Assembly (NCBI GenBank): GCA_038087875.1
Contig: CM075978.1
Location: forward strand, 175,336,001 to 175,400,000
DNA: 64,000 nt
Direction of reading: 5' to 3'
Origin: Malacoraja senta
Lineage: Eukaryota
Shown here: piece after piece, positions 1-13,840 of the stretch
Numbering within the stretch: the first letter of the stretch is position 1
How the letters are laid out: each line of letters begins with the position of its first letter
The notes under the pieces: model-generated
Seen by the model: the letters and a program-made list of their open reading frames with translations, nothing else
Database searches by the model: none
What the model was told of the DNA's origin: nothing
Position numbers and translations under genes: made by a program

Positions 1-1007
1 TGAAGAATCAGGGTGGAAGGGAGCTTTGGAATGACGTGCAGGGTAAGAGCTACCCTTCTAACATGACTCAGCTGTCTCCACCACTGTGCTCCCAGGAGAA
101 TGAGCAAGGATGAGATAGCCACAGTTCTGTGGGATCCCCGGCACTTGCTCTCCATCGTTTCTCCACGGGCCCCCGAGGTTGTGGGCAGCCACAGCTAAGG
201 CTCAGTAAGAAGGTTTCAAACCAACTGCTGTGTGTTGGCACAACAGGCTGAGCTGCAGTCAGCTGAGGAATGGAGCCAAGGGCCCTCACATTAGGGTTGA
301 TAACTTTGCTCTTCCCACCCTTCCCTGGTGGGTTAATCCACATTCTTGGCTCTCGGTGGGGAAGGGCTTGGCAGTCCTGAAGGACCTGTGCATGTCATGT
401 CTGTGCGTCAGCTGCTTTGCCTCCAGGTTCTTTCTGTCCACCATGTACTCTGCAGTTCACAGGTTCTTTACCTTCAGGAATCTATGGAGATGTTCCTCTT
501 CCTTTGAAATTCATGATTACTTTGCTGCTGTACTCCCTGGTTCAAAGAAACATAGAAACTAGGTGCAGGAGTAGGCCATTCGGCCCTTCGAGCTAGCACC
601 ACCATTCAATATGATCATGGCTGATCATCCAAAATTGGTACCCGTTCCTGCTTTTTCCCCATATCCCTTGATCCCGTTAGCCCTAAGAGCTAATTCTAAC
701 TCCCGAAGTCCCAACTACTGTGGTCGATGCCCTGACCAAGGAAGGCAAGAACACCAAACGCCTTCCCCCCCCATACTGTCTTCCTGTTTCACCGCTTTCA
801 AGGAACTATCTACCTGTACCCACTGGTCTCTTACTCTGTTTGGGTAACAAAGTTTTACCCTGACTGAATTCACAAATAACTACCAAAATATCTGAGACAT
901 GGAATATAAATTGGCTGCCAAGGAATTTATGTGTCAACTTTTGTTGTATTTTCAGTTCACATTTCTTGATGCATGGTATGGGTTCGCATTATGGAAAGTC
1001 ACAACAA

Positions 1008-1290
1008 GGCACGGGCAGCCCAGTGGTGCAGCGGTAGCATTGCTGCCTTACAGCATCAGAGACCCAGGTTCGATCCCGACTATGGGTGATGTCTGTGCAG
1101 AGTTTGTACTTTCTCCCTGTGACCTGTGTGGGGTTTCTCTGGGTGCTCAGGTTTTGTCCCACATTCCAAAGATGTGCAGATTTGTAGGTTATTTAGCTTC
1201 TGTAAATTGTTACGAGTGTGTAGAATGGAACTAGTGTATGGGTGCTCACTGGTCAGCGTGGACATGGTGGACCGAGGGGCCTGTTTCCAC
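1008..1290 (+). mobile_element. tRNA-derived V-SINE (HE1-like); other copies at about 1625-1912, 9560-9840, 14000-14290, 38560-38870, 44465-44885 and 59070-59300
   Basis: A/B-box head (tggtgcagcgg...ggttcgatccc), V-domain (gtgggtttctctgggtgctc...cccacattccaaaga) and a CR1-derived tail. Confidence 0.75.
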
Positions 1291-2599
1291 GATATATGCA
1301 TCCCTTCTGCCCCATAACATGTGGTTTGCTTGTATTAAGAAATAAGAATGGGGACAGGGTTTACAAGGTAAATGGTACAATTTTAAAGGTGTCCAGGCAG
1401 AGTGCACAGGTCCAAGTTTCAGAATACGTGTTGGGCTGAAGGGCCTGTTTACGCGCTGTAGAAAGTGGAAATTAATCTGAATAATTCACTTTACAATATT
1501 TGGTTTCTGCCGAAAGACAAAAGACATGGACATAATTTCTAATTATTAATCAGATTAGACTTTCAGCTGCGACTGGCAAAGTTGGTGCTTTACAGAAGGA
1601 GATGGGAGAATTTATAATTGAGAAGGGACGGAACAGTGATGCAATGGTAGAGTTGTTGCCTTACAGCACTAGAGACCCAGGTTAGATGATGATTACGGGT
1701 GCTGTCTGTACGGAGTTTGTACGTTCTCCTGTGACTGGGTGTATTTTCTCTGGGTGCTCTGATTTCCTCCCAAACTCCAAAGACATATAGGTTTGTAAGT
1801 TCATTGGCTTTGGTAAGTTGGAAAATTGTCCCTCATGTGTATAGGCTAGTTTAAAGGGTGATCACTGGTCAGTGTGGAGTCAGTGGGTCTGTTTGCGCAT
1901 TGTATTTCTAAAGGAAGAAGAAAAAGGCAGAGAAATTAAACAATTGCATTGTGTTTGTCTTCATGGAAGAAACCGCAAAAGATCTGTAAGAAACACCAAT
2001 ATCTCATGAAACCATTCCTGGCGGCTTCCTCTCCTCAGTGGTGCCAGCAACAGTGAACCTCAGGGCAGCCCCAACATCGTGGATCCCTGCCGGCTGGGAG
2101 TTAATACGCAGCCAGTCAGTCTCTGTCTAAGAAGAACAATCTTTGAAGTGCCAATAAAATCGTCATTAATTTCCTATGATAAGGCTGCTTCTGATGCTGG
2201 TGTTTTGAGGCCAGGTTGATGGAGATAAAAGATGGGTGGTTAATTCACATGTAGTTGGTTACTGTTATGGCGTGGGAAATGTGGACGATCCTTTGCTTGG
2301 ATGAAGACATCATCTAATGTGCCTTTACTGGTAATGTTGCCATGACCGAGGATTTCTTCAGAAGAGGGATGGTGATGGAGTTGACCTTTCATATTCCTTG
2401 CTCCTGGATTTTTTTGTGAATCACTACATTTAAGAGGCATTCAGACAGACAGGTAGTCAAGGTGTGGAAGGATATGGAACGAGAGCAGGCAAATGGGATT
2501 GCTATCTGGATGGACTCGGTGGGCCATACAGCTTGTTTCCATGCTGTAAGACTCCATCATTCAATAATCTGCCAAACCCACCTTGCTGAAGGCTGACTC

Positions 2600-3892
2600 G
2601 ATGATATTGATGTTTCTCCCTTTGGGTCACATGCCAGGATCTTTCTTGCAAACTTACAGGCCTGAAAGAGCTGGCGTGCCAATGGGGCATTAGCAATAGT
2701 GCAATCTACGAATGAGAAGCCACATGGAGACCTCCCTACTTTGTCCCACTAGCAAGAATGATCCAGTACCCTCCCAGTGGCTGAAAATCCATCTCCTGAT
2801 CACAGTACAGATTCTGTCCTTCAGAAAAAGAGTGGGCATGATCTTCACCACACTGCAACACCACGAGATGCAGAGAGCAGCACCAAGCACCATGATAAAA
2901 GATAAAGTGCTGGAATAACTCAGCGGGTCAGGCAGCATCCTTGGAGAACATGCACAAGTGGCATTTTGGGTCAGGACCTGCAGGAGGGTCAGCTGCAGAG
3001 TTCCCGTACACAGACAACACCTTATGTGCACGATCAGATGCCAAGCTCCAAATCATCGTCGCCTTCCTCTCTGAAACAGGTGACAAGATGGCCTTACACT
3101 CAGCATTCTGAAAACAATGTTCCTCAACATCTGGTCCCCACCGTACAAGCAGCACTTCCCATATCTTGGGAGTTATCTATCCATGAAGGCAGACAATGGA
3201 TAATAAAATTCGAGGCCGCCTTCAATACATAAGACTGCATATGGATATTGGAAGATTAAAAGGTTAAACCTGGCACAGAGGTAATGATCTACTGGGCAGC
3301 AAAGAGCAGCAGTGATCCCTACCGTGCTCTGTTTCTGGAGTACCCACAGCAACCATCTCTTTGCACCGGAACAATAACATTCTGCTTGCACAGAATGCTC
3401 CACAGGGAAGGATCAGCAAACTGAGTACTGACCAGCACCCCAGCACTGAGAAACCCGTTACTCTCAGTTGATTACCTTGGGCTGGGCATGTCATTTGCAG
3501 GTCAGCCATCCCGCTTGGAGCTCCATCGTGGGAAGAGGTGGATAGAGGAAAAAAATCCACGGAGATATTTAATATTTCCGTGAATAAATGTGACATCCTG
3601 ATTGACTCCTGGGAATCTATGACCCATGGTCACTCAAAATGAAGGGGGGCTTTTGAGACATTAGTGAGAACCTCAGGCTCGTGTATTAGGAGAACGCAGA
3701 ATCCCGGCATAAACCAAGGTGGGATGGCACCACCTCCTCCTGCATTATCCACTGGCCCCATCAGACACCATCTACTTGGCCATGGGAGAGTCTGCAGTTC
3801 CCACAATGTCTTCAACAGACACTTCAGAATCACTGCACCTGAGAGGGGAAGCAGGTCACCCTCACTCTCGAGGAACTGCCTCAGATGATGAA
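2600..3892 (+). mobile_element. Degenerate RTE-clade LINE 3' fragment
   Basis: FPYLGS and AAVIPT RT C-terminal remnants, plus an RTE-type 3' end (gaggaactgcctcagatgatgaa). Confidence 0.6.
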
Positions 3893-4099
3893 CACAATAA
3901 CCAGATCATTTTGGGGATGGACAGTTGTGACTGGTGCTTCAACTGACCCTTCCTCACAATCTATGGAAATGCTTGCATGGAGGGGTGTGACATTTTACGT
4001 GTGCAGGTTTGCCGATGATATCAAGCGGTGTGGACTCTAAACGAAATACAAAGCGGCTTCCTGGAGTTGGAGCGAGGCTGAGTTACTGGGAAATCACCC

Positions 4100-5105
4100 G
4101 CCAGGTGGGCCAGGTGACGTGGAAACATGAAGTCATCTACTTCAATGGGGAATAATTTTAAAAATGTTTTTTTAAATGGCAAGAGATCGTAAGGCATTGG
4201 CATTCAGAGAGATTTGGGTATACTTGCAGGTGCAGCAAGCAACTGAGAAGACATGCCACATGTTGGACTTCATTGCAAGACTTGAGTAGAGACATCTTAC
4301 TCCAAATATACAGGGTGCTGATGAGACCAAATCTGGAGTTTGATGTATTGGTCTTATCTCCCTACCTAAGGATATACCAGAGGTGAAGTGTGTACAATAC
4401 AAGTTTGCCACATTGATTACAGGGTTGGTGCAGTGAGTAAATATGCTGAGCCTGTATCCTCTGAATGATAATTAAAGATAATGTAGGTAAACGTGCAAGA
4501 GTAAATCAGTGAGAATTCTGTTATGATCTTAAGTCCACTGCCTTCATCCTTCATGATGAAGTCAATGCAGCTTTATGGGATATTGGCCAGGCGGCTTTTG
4601 GAGTATCATGTGCAGTTCTGTTTGCCCCATTACTGGAAAGATGTGGAAGCATTGGAAAGAGTGGAGGAGGTTTACAAGAATGATGCTGGATTAGGGGATA
4701 TTAGCTGCAGATTTGGATTGCTTTCTCTGGAATGTCAGAGATTGCAGGGAGACCTGATAGAAGTATATACAATTATGAGAGGCATGGGTAGAGTAGATAG
4801 TCTAAACCTTTTCCCCGTGGAAAAATCCAAAACCACATAGCATAATTTTAAAGTGAGAGGAGCAAAGTTTAAAAGAGATGTGCAGGGCAAGTCTTTTACA
4901 CTGAGGGTGGTAGGTGCCTGGAACGCCCCATCTGTCGTGATAGTTAAGGCAGATATGATAGTGGCAGTTAAGAGACTTGGATAGACATATGGTTATGCAG
5001 GGAATGGCAGGATATGGATTATGTGCAGGCAGATAAGTTGGTCTTGGCACCATGTACGGCACAGACGTTATGGGCAGGAGGGACTGTTCCTGTGCTGTTC
5101 TATGT
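4100..5105 (+). mobile_element. CR1-type LINE 3' fragments
   Basis: LEYHVQFC...VEALERV...GDLIEVY remnants and a CR1-type tail. Confidence 0.75.
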
Positions 5106-6564
5106 TCATCTTTTCAATGTTTCTATTGAAAAGTTATGCCAAGATAAACCGAGTTATTACATTCATTGATAGGGACACTGTTCCAGCTGCTGTCCATGAG
5201 AAAAATTCCAGCGGCTGTTTGTGAGAGGGTGTTGTTCCAGCTGTTTGTGAGTGCTGCTGTTCCTGTTGCTGTCAGTAAGGGGAGTTGTTCCAGCTGTTTG
5301 TGAGGGACACTGTTCAAGCTCTTGCCAGAGGGGCACTGCTCCAGATGTAGTTAGAGGGGCACTGTTCCATCTGTTGTCAGAGAGATGCTGTTGCAGATGT
5401 TGACAGAATACTTAATTTAGCTCTGTGGAGACTCTCATGTGACTGAGGTTTATTGCTCTGGCGACTCAGTGCTGCTACCCTGTGTCAGCAGGTCTCAGTA
5501 CAGGTAGCTCATGGAGTGTTTGGCTGTGAGCTATGTAAAGTTGAGAGTCAAGGTGGCTCTCATGCATTGGGGTTCTGTGGTGAACTGTTGCATTGTAAGA
5601 GCCAGCAGTGATCGCACTGGGGAACACCATCATCTTTCACCTGCCACTACCACTACTCTATGACTACTTCTTGAATTATTTCCTACCTGTATAGCTAGCT
5701 TCTGGTCATTTAACTTCGGGTGAGGTCACTGCTGGCTCTTAAAATGCCACAGTTTACTCCAAAATGAACAATTCACCTCTTCATTCATGGGCCAAAGCGT
5801 CATCAACCTGCCTTCTGTCACGTGTTGTCTGAAAGTCCAGCTTTGTGACATTTACTCTATTCCTTTCATCAACCTTGTCAATTACCTCACCAAAGAAGGA
5901 ATTCGGTCAGGTTAGGCAAAACGACTTGCCTTTCACAAACTCACACCGGCTCCCGTTTATCAGCTCAAGTTCTCTTTTCCCTTGTGTAGTTTCCAAAAGT
6001 TGTCCCAGATCCAAGGTGACCAGCCCTCAGTTACTGGAGAAATCTCATCACACTTCCATCCCACTCCCTCCTTCAGCGTATACCCTGTCCTGAAGCTGAC
6101 TCATTAACTGGCCTTTCTACTACTCTTTTATCATCTCCACTACCTCTCCTTCCCCTGGTGCACAGGCAGTATCAGAGATCAGTGCATTAGCAGAGATCAG
6201 GGTGAACTACTCATCTGCTATTCCTGCCTGTGTACGGAGATCATCTTCCTTTTTTGTAATCAACCCACCTCTCTCCAGCTGCTCATTGTTTAACGCCTGC
6301 GGGAAATTGCTTTTAATGTTGATTACAGTGATATTAATAGGACTCTGCTATTCTTAGAAATTACTCAGAATGAATAGAGTGATGGGTTAATCAGGCTCAG
6401 TACCCAGAGGAGGAAGGAAACACACTGAACAGGCCAATGGGTTAATCTAACAGAAGATTTGAGGAGTTATCAGACACAATAGGTGTTCACATGTCACAGT
6501 GTGGTGGATGGTCAGTCGAGATCAGCAGCAGCAAGGGGACATCAAATTGTGAGGGTTATAAATA

Positions 6565-6794
6565 GAAGATAGACACAAAAAGCTGGACAAACTATGTGGG
6601 ACAGGCTGCATCTCTGGAGAGAAGGAATGTGTGACGTTTCAGGGTTGAGACTCTTCAGATTCTGAAGAAGTGTCTCGACCTGAAACATCACCCATTCCTT
6701 CTCTCCAGATATGCTGCCTGTCCCGCTGAGTTAATCCAGCTTTTTGTGTCTATCTTTGGTTTAAACCAGCATCTGCAGTTCCTTCCTGTACACA
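6565..6794. mobile_element. Fold-back Penelope-tail insertion
   Basis: Inverted arms of about 95 bp meeting near 6660, each with a CTGAAGA...GAAAC hammerhead-like core. Confidence 0.75.
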
Positions 6795-7109
6795 GGGTGT
6801 GCTGTGGGAGGTCCTATAACAGAAGCGGATGAAACTAGCGAACGTAGATTGAGGGGAAGGGGGAAGAATTTTGGTGGGGATATGATGGATATTTTTTTCA
6901 CTCAGTGCTAAGTATCTGGAATATGCTGCATGAGAGACTGATGGAGGTAGAGTCACTGACAGCATTTAATAAATGTTCAGATGAGCCCATGAATCTCTTA
7001 GCCTTAAAATACAGTGCTGGGTGATGGAATTAACATGGAGGAGTGTGCATTAGTCGGTGTGGACTTTGTAGGCCAAATGGCCTGTTTTCATGCAATGCGA
7101 GTCCATGAA

Positions 7110-8590
7110 TTGTTTAGTTTAAATTAGTGGTTTATTGTCACGTGTACTGATGTAAAGTGAAATGCTTTTTCTTGCTTGCTAACCAGTCAGCGGAAAGAAT
7201 ATAAATGATTACAATCGAGCCATCCATAGTGTACAGTTACACGATAAAGGGAATAACCTTTAGAACAAGGTAAAGCCAGTATGGTCTGATCAAAGATAGT
7301 CCGAGGGTCTTCAATGAGGTAGATGATAGCTCAGAGCCGCTCTCTAGTTGTTGAATGGATGGTTCATTTGCCAGATAACAGCTGGGAAGAATCCATCCCT
7401 GAATCTGGAGGTGTGCGTTTTCACACTTCTATAGCTCTTGTCTGATGGGAGAGGAAGGAGTGATTGGGGTGAGTCTCGTCCTTGATTATGCTGGTGGCCT
7501 TGCAGAGGCCGCATGAGGTGCAGATGGAGTCATTGGAAGGGAGGTTGGTTTGTGTGATGGTCTGGGCGGCATCCACAATTCTCTCCAATTTCTTGCGGTC
7601 TTGGATGGAGCTGTTCCCAAACTATGCTGTGATGCAGCCCGATAAAATGCTTTCCAATGCACATCTGCAGAAGTTGGTGAGAGTTATTGCGGACATGCCG
7701 AACTTCTTTAGCCTTCTAAGGAAGTAGAGGTGTTAATGTGCTTTATTGGCCATTGCTTTGATATGACTGGTCCGGGACAGTTACTGATGATATTTACTTC
7801 TAAGAACTTTAAGCTTTCAACCATCTCTACTTCCGCGCCGTAGTGTATACTGGGGTATGTGTACCACTTCGCTTCCTGAAGTCGATCATTATCTCCTTTA
7901 TCTTAGGTAGACAAAAATGCTGGAGAAACTCAGCGAGTGAGGCAGCATCTATGGAGCGAAGGAAATAGGCGACATTTTGGGTCGAGACCCTTCTTCAGAC
8001 CCAAAACGTCGCCTATTTCCTTCGCTCCATAGATGCTGCCTCACCCGCTGAGATTTTCCAGCATTTTTGTCTACCTTCGATTTTCCAGCATCTGCAGTTC
8101 CTTCTTAAACATCTCCTTTATCTTGCTCACGTTGATAGAAAAATTATGCCTTAACACCAGGTCACAAAGTTTTCAATCACCTTACTATTCTCTGTCTCGT
8201 CCTTATTTGATATCCGTCCCACTACGTTGGTGTCATCCAGGAATTTGTAAATTGAATTGGATTTATATTTGGCTGCACAGTCGTGTAAGGAGTAAAGAGT
8301 GGGCTAAGAATGCATCCTTGTGGAGCACCAGTGGTGAGGATTATTGTAGAGGATGGTTTGTCCCCTATGATCACTGATTGTGGTCTGTTGGATTGGAAAT
8401 CCAGGATCCAGTTGCAGAGATGAGTGCTGACTTCAATTTTGATGCGTTTGGTGATGACCTTGGATGGGATAATGGTATTAAAAGCAGAGCTGCAGTCTAT
8501 GAAAAGAAATCTGACATAGGTGTTTCTCTTCTCCAGATGTTCCAGGGATGAGTGTAGGGCCAGGGAGACAGCATCAGCCTGTTGTGGCAG
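7110..8590 (-). mobile_element. Rex1/Babar-type LINE 3' fragment, interrupted by the PLE-tail insertion
   Basis: Minus-strand LYFLRRLKKFGMS...ESILSGCITA...DRKKLERIVDAAQTI...FFPAVI. Confidence 0.75.
7905..8110. mobile_element. Short fold-back Penelope-tail insertion with 14-bp TSD
   Basis: TSD atctcctttatctt at 7891-7904 and 8111-8124. The two arms are inverted copies of the PLE tail seen at 12535-12666. Confidence 0.85.
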
Positions 8591-8737
8591 TTATGCATTC
8601 CATAACTAGCCTCTCAAAACATTTAATCTAGATGGGAAAGACAGCCTCTAGGATTAATCCTGTTGCTGATATTAACTCCTAACCTTCTGTTTTGGCAGAT
8701 TGAGAACTCCGGAATCATTGGGAGCAGTGTGTGGACA

Positions 8738-8786
8738 ATGGACCAGACCATGAAAGAATTTACTCCCATCCCTGTCGTTATAATTG
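8738..8786 (+). CDS. OSGIN1: OSGIN1 coding exon 1 (MDQTMKEFTPIPVVII-G)
   Basis: Acceptor ttttggcag before 8699, ATG at 8738, donor G|gtaagc. PVVIIG begins the FAD-binding motif. The frame is open back to 8699, so an upstream start is possible. Confidence 0.8.
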
Positions 8787-10674
8787 GTAAGCGAGCTCTA
8801 CTAACCAACATCCCCATCACCCCCTTCTTCCAAGTCACTCCAACTATTGTCCAAGTAACATCGCTGTGCTGGAGGAAGGAATCCCTACAACATTTCTTTG
8901 TGAGATCTGCTCACTGTAAGGGCTCAGGATGTAAAATCGCCTGACTTTTAATGTTAAATTAAATATTGTAATAATTTTGTATCTCCAAGCACATTATCTC
9001 CTCCTTCCATCCCTGTTTGAATATTGTAGTACAGTTTCAATTCCTTAGGCCTAATCTATGGTTTGCAAGTGTGCAAATGATTGTATAATCTTATGTGTAC
9101 ACCTGGATTAATGACCTGCAGTTTATATTCAAGCAATCCCAGGAGGTATCTGCGTGGTTTTACTAGGAGTGGAAACTCATTGGCTGAACTCCACCAAGTA
9201 TTTTAAAGGGACTGTAGCATCACGGAAAGGTTTCAGCACAGAAGGATGCCACTCAGCCCATCAAATCTATACTGTTCTGATGTAAGAATATGCCAGCAAG
9301 TTCTACTCTCCCACACCTGAAACTTCCTCCCTGATTTGGACACGCAGTGAAATGTGTTGTACTGCATGTTTTGCTGGCTAATGCAGGATAACTGACCATG
9401 ATTTATTTTAAATTCACTTTACTGGTGAGTGTTTTATTTAAAATGTTCCTGCCTGATCATTTAGCGCACATTTTCAAATGACATCAAGAATCGAGAGAGT
9501 ATAATTGTCAAATGCACCAGGAACAGAACAATGAAATTCTTGCTTGCTGCAGCTTATAGACACCGGAGCCATTGAGTCTATGTCCACGCCCAGATCAATC
9601 CAGTCAGTCCTAGTCACCCACATTTTCTGTAGCCTGTTCTTTTGTGCGGAATTTGCAGCAGCCAATTTACCTCCCAACCTGCAAATCTTTGGGATGTGCG
9701 AAACTAGAGCACTTGGGGGAAACCTGGTTCACAGGGAGAGCATGCAACACGACACTGTGAGGGCCGAAGGCTGGAATCAAAACCAAGTTGCTGAGCTGTG
9801 AGGTCGCATTACCTGCTGCTTCCCCACTGTGCTGCCCTTTGATCCTGCAATTTGTATAGATCCAAGTACCAGAGGCACATATGATATTCAGTGGCAATTG
9901 ATGACAAGAGGGCATCAACCTGACTTGATATAACTGTCGAGTTAGACCCTGACCATTCCGACCTTCACTGCACACCTGCTCTTGTCCAATCATTTCCAAC
10001 ATAGGTACAGCGTTTTACTGCAGTCTTCCAGTTAAAAGTTTCTTCAAGTAGAATTTCCAGATCTTAATTGTTGAAATAAACTGCATGGTTTACTTGCCCA
10101 ATTCTACTCTCAGTTGAATTTAAAGTGAATATTGCAAACTTTTTACAAACTTGTTCCATCCTGACAATGAGCTCACCATTCAGGATCTCTGATGAAGGAA
10201 CTAATTCCCTTTACTATTCTCCCTATATTATAACACCACTGGACACTGTTCAAACACAAACTGGCAATCTAACACCTGCTCCTGCATTAAATGTTTTGAC
10301 CCGAGACATGTTTTCCCGTTGTGGAAGCTGTCTGCCCTACTGCGTTTCTCCAGCAGTTTGTTTTTTCTTGTCCAGCATCTGGTGTCTCTTGTTTCTCCAC
10401 CTGAGATGGTTGACAATAACAAGACACATCCCCTAAAGGGAACGTGCCTCTGAAAACATTGCCATACCGATAATTCTGAAGTCATGATCATTTACTGGGT
10501 GCCCTACTCTTACTGGAGGTGGGGGCCAATTAATTCAAGGTAGGCGGGATGGTTTGGAGACGAGGCTGTGCTCTGTTCATTAATTTCACCCAGTAGTCTG
10601 CACAGCTGCCGGAATAGTGTGGACGAACAGGGTACTGGCATGAAAATTCTGTGGCCACTGGGGAGTGGACCATT

Positions 10675-11400
10675 AGAGCTGAGATAAACTCGGTCAAACA
10701 GCACAGAAACGGGCCCTTTGCCCCACCATGTCCATGCGAGGGTTTTTGCCCATCTACAGTAATCACATATGCATGGATTAAAATTCCATGCCTATTTAAA
10801 TGTATGTCTAAATGCCTTTAACACAGTGATTGTATCAGATTCCACTACGTCCTCTGGCAGTAACATCCAGATATCACCACTCTATGTGGTAAAAACATCC
10901 CACATACCTCTTTTAAAACTCCTTCCTCTCACCAAAAACCATTGTTTTTGATATCCCCACCAAGGGGAAAAGGGATTGTGACTACCTGTTCTATCAATGT
11001 CTCCCATAATGTTATAAACCTCTATCAGGTCACCCCTCAGTCTCCTTAGCTCCAGGGAAAACAAACCCAGCCTGTTTAATTTCTCCCCATTGGATGACAT
11101 CCTAAATGAATCTAAGTGAATCTCCATTGCGTTCTCTCCAGCACAACCCCATCCTCCCTATAGTGGCAATGAGAACTGCAGACAATATTGTAAGTGTAGC
11201 CTAACTAGAGTCTTGCAATATAACATCCCAACGCGTGTATTCTATCTCCCGACTTCTGAAGGCAAACATGCTACATGGCTCCTTCACCAGCCTATACACC
11301 TATGTTGCCACTTTAAAAGAAATGTGAACTTCTTTCTCGATCTCCATGTTCTTCAACATTCCTTGCGCCCCTCCATTTACTGTACATGCCCAACTCCTGT
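10675..11400 (-). mobile_element. CR1-type LINE 3' fragment
   Basis: LGLFSLELRRLRGDLIEVY (ORF 10882-11127). Confidence 0.75.
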
Positions 11401-12534
11401 CTCCTTTTCCCTTCGTACAATGCAGGCAGGGCTTGAAACTGGAGACTTTGTATCTGCATGGGTGTATGTCTCGACAGAGTGATGCGGTTCCCATTGTACC
11501 TCAAAAGGATTGGTGTGCATGGTCTGTGATAGCTGATGTTGGTGATATAAGATGTCAGAGGCAACTTCTGGTCCATTTCCATGCTGTTTCACACTGTGAT
11601 AAAACATTTTTCTGAAGCAGCCTTTCACTCTCGCACGGCCATAATATGTTGCCAGCAACTCCACTTACCCTGGGAAACACAGGCAGTATCACAAGATGCA
11701 AGTTGCATCTGGGAGAGCTGCTCCTGTCTGTTCTCAACCAGCTCCCTCGACCAGTGATTATTAGGGAATAGTTGGAATTTCATCCATATTTACCTCTTTC
11801 CCATTCCCGCACCCCACCACCACACCCCTCCATGAATGCCAAAAACTGCTTACTATTTTCATCCACTATCATCTAGGCAATGAATTCCTTAATATGTAGG
11901 AAGGAACTGCAGATGCTGGTTTATTCTGAAGATAGAAACAAAGTGCTGGAGTTACTCAGTCGATCAGGCAGCATCTATGGAGAAAAGGAATAGGTGACAT
12001 TTTGGGTCTGATCCCTTCTTCAGACAGAAATATAGCAAAGCTCAGAACAAAACAGGGCTGGCAACAGATGACCTCAGGAAGGGGGAAGGCCACAATGGCC
12101 TATTGTTGGCTGGGGAAGATGTGCTAACGACAGGGATACAGGCATGCAAGCTGTGGAGCATGTAGGATGATTAGGGTGGGGGAAGGGGGAGAGAGGGGGT
12201 GGAAAAAATGCAGGTTACTTGAAATTAGAGTGATTAACATTCAAAGCACTGTTGTAAGCTGCCCAAGTGAAATATAAGGTGCTGTTCCTCCAAGAGAAGA
12301 ATGGAGGGATAGAGGAGAGTGGATGTGGTGTGGAGAGGGAGTAGTTGTAGAGGGAAGAGTGAGCCTGGTATGGGAAGGGGGGTCAGGGAAAGACCAGTTG
12401 CTGATGTGCATCCTGTGATCACTCACTGCGGTCTCACTGACTGATGGTAGGAGTGTAAGGTGCTGTCTGGACTGAATGAGGCCTCAAGTAAGAGTTGGAT
12501 CCATCTTCCTCCCAATCCAGCACTATCATGCCTT

Positions 12535-13522
12535 TGTTCAAGAAGGAACTGCAGATGCTGGAATATCGAAGGTAGACAAAAGTGCTGGAGAAACTCAGCG
12601 GGTGCGGCAGCATCTATGGAGCGAAGGAAATAGGCAACGTTTCGGGCCAAAACGCTTCTTCAGACTGATGCCGGGTGGGGGGGGGGGGGGGTGGGGGGCG
12701 TGAAGAAGAAAGGAAGAGGAGGAGCCAGAGGGCTGAGGGAGAGCTGAGAAGGGGAGGTGACAGCAAGGGCTACCGGAAATTGGAGAAGTCAAGCCGCTGG
12801 GGTGCAGATTGCCCAAGCGGAATATGAGGTGCTACTCCTACAATTTCCGGTGGTGCTCACTCTGGCCATGGAGGAGGCCCAGGACAGAAAGGTCGGATTC
12901 GGAATGGAAGGGGGAGTTGAAGTGCTGAGCCACAGGGAGATCAGGTTGGTCAATGCGGACCGAGCGGAGGTGTTCGGCGAAACGATCGCCAAGCCTATGC
13001 TTGGTCTCACCGATGTAGATCAGTTGACATCTAGAGCAGCGGATGCAATAGATGAGGTTGGAGGAGGTGCAGGTGAACCTCTGTCGCACCTGGAACGACT
13101 GCTTGGGTCCTTGAATGGAGTTAAGGGGGGAGGTAAAGCGATAAGTGTAGCATCTCTTGCGGTTGCAAGGAAAAGTGCCCAGGGAGGGGGTGGTGCGGGT
13201 GGGAAGGGAAGAATTGACCAGGGAGTTACAGAGGGAGCGGTCTTTGCAGAAACCAGACAGAGGGGTAGATGGGAAGATGTGGCGAGTGGTGGGGTCATGT
13301 TGGAGGTGGCGATAATGACGGAGGACTATTTGTTGTATGTGACGGCTAGTGGGGTGGAAAGTGAGGACTAGTTCCGAGTGGGGGGGATAGGGAGAGAGAG
13401 CAGTGTTGCGGGGTATTGAAGAGACCCTGGTGAGAGCCTCATCTATAGTAGGGGAGGGGACCCCCCCGTTCCCTGAAGAATGAGGACATTTCCAATGCCT
13501 TGGTGTGGAACACCTCATCCTG
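12535..13522 (-). mobile_element. Penelope-like retroelement, 5'-truncated (RT C-terminus, GIY-YIG endonuclease, 3' tail)
   Basis: ORF 12838-13560 encodes FTCTSSNLIYCIRCSRC...YIGETKHRLGDRFAEH. The tail carries a hammerhead-like motif at about 12634-12666. Confidence 0.88.
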
Positions 13523-13703
13523 CCCTTTGCTTCTGAGCAGTGTTCAGTGTAAGTTTCCATGTTTCTTTAATTGCAGACATGTCAAGCAGCTGAATTAACT
13601 AGAGAGGCCAACTCATCACTATCACCTGGAGCAGACTCAATTAACGACGCAAAGTGTACAGTGACTTCACACCCCTTAACAATTTTTTATTTATTTCAAA
13701 CAG

Positions 13704-13840
13704 GGAATGGTCCTTCAGCCATTTGTCTGTCATTCTTCCTGTCAGGATATAGACCTTACTTCAAGGAATCTTCAGTCCATCCCAATCCTATTCTTCAACG
13801 GAAATTGGAGGCAAATCGGGGAAGCTCCATTGTAAATCAG
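13704..13840 (+). CDS. OSGIN1: OSGIN1 coding exon 2 (GNGPSAICLSFFLSGYRPY...SIVNQ)
   Basis: ag/gt bounded, 137 nt, phase 1 to 0; GNGPS Rossmann motif typical of the OSGIN family. Confidence 0.93.

Noticed and set aside
1008-1085. tRNA-like sequence with A/B boxes
   Set aside because: Head of a V-SINE repeated many times in the window, not a tRNA gene.
12757-13371. 204-aa plus-strand ORF
   Set aside because: Antisense shadow of the Penelope GIY-YIG ORF.
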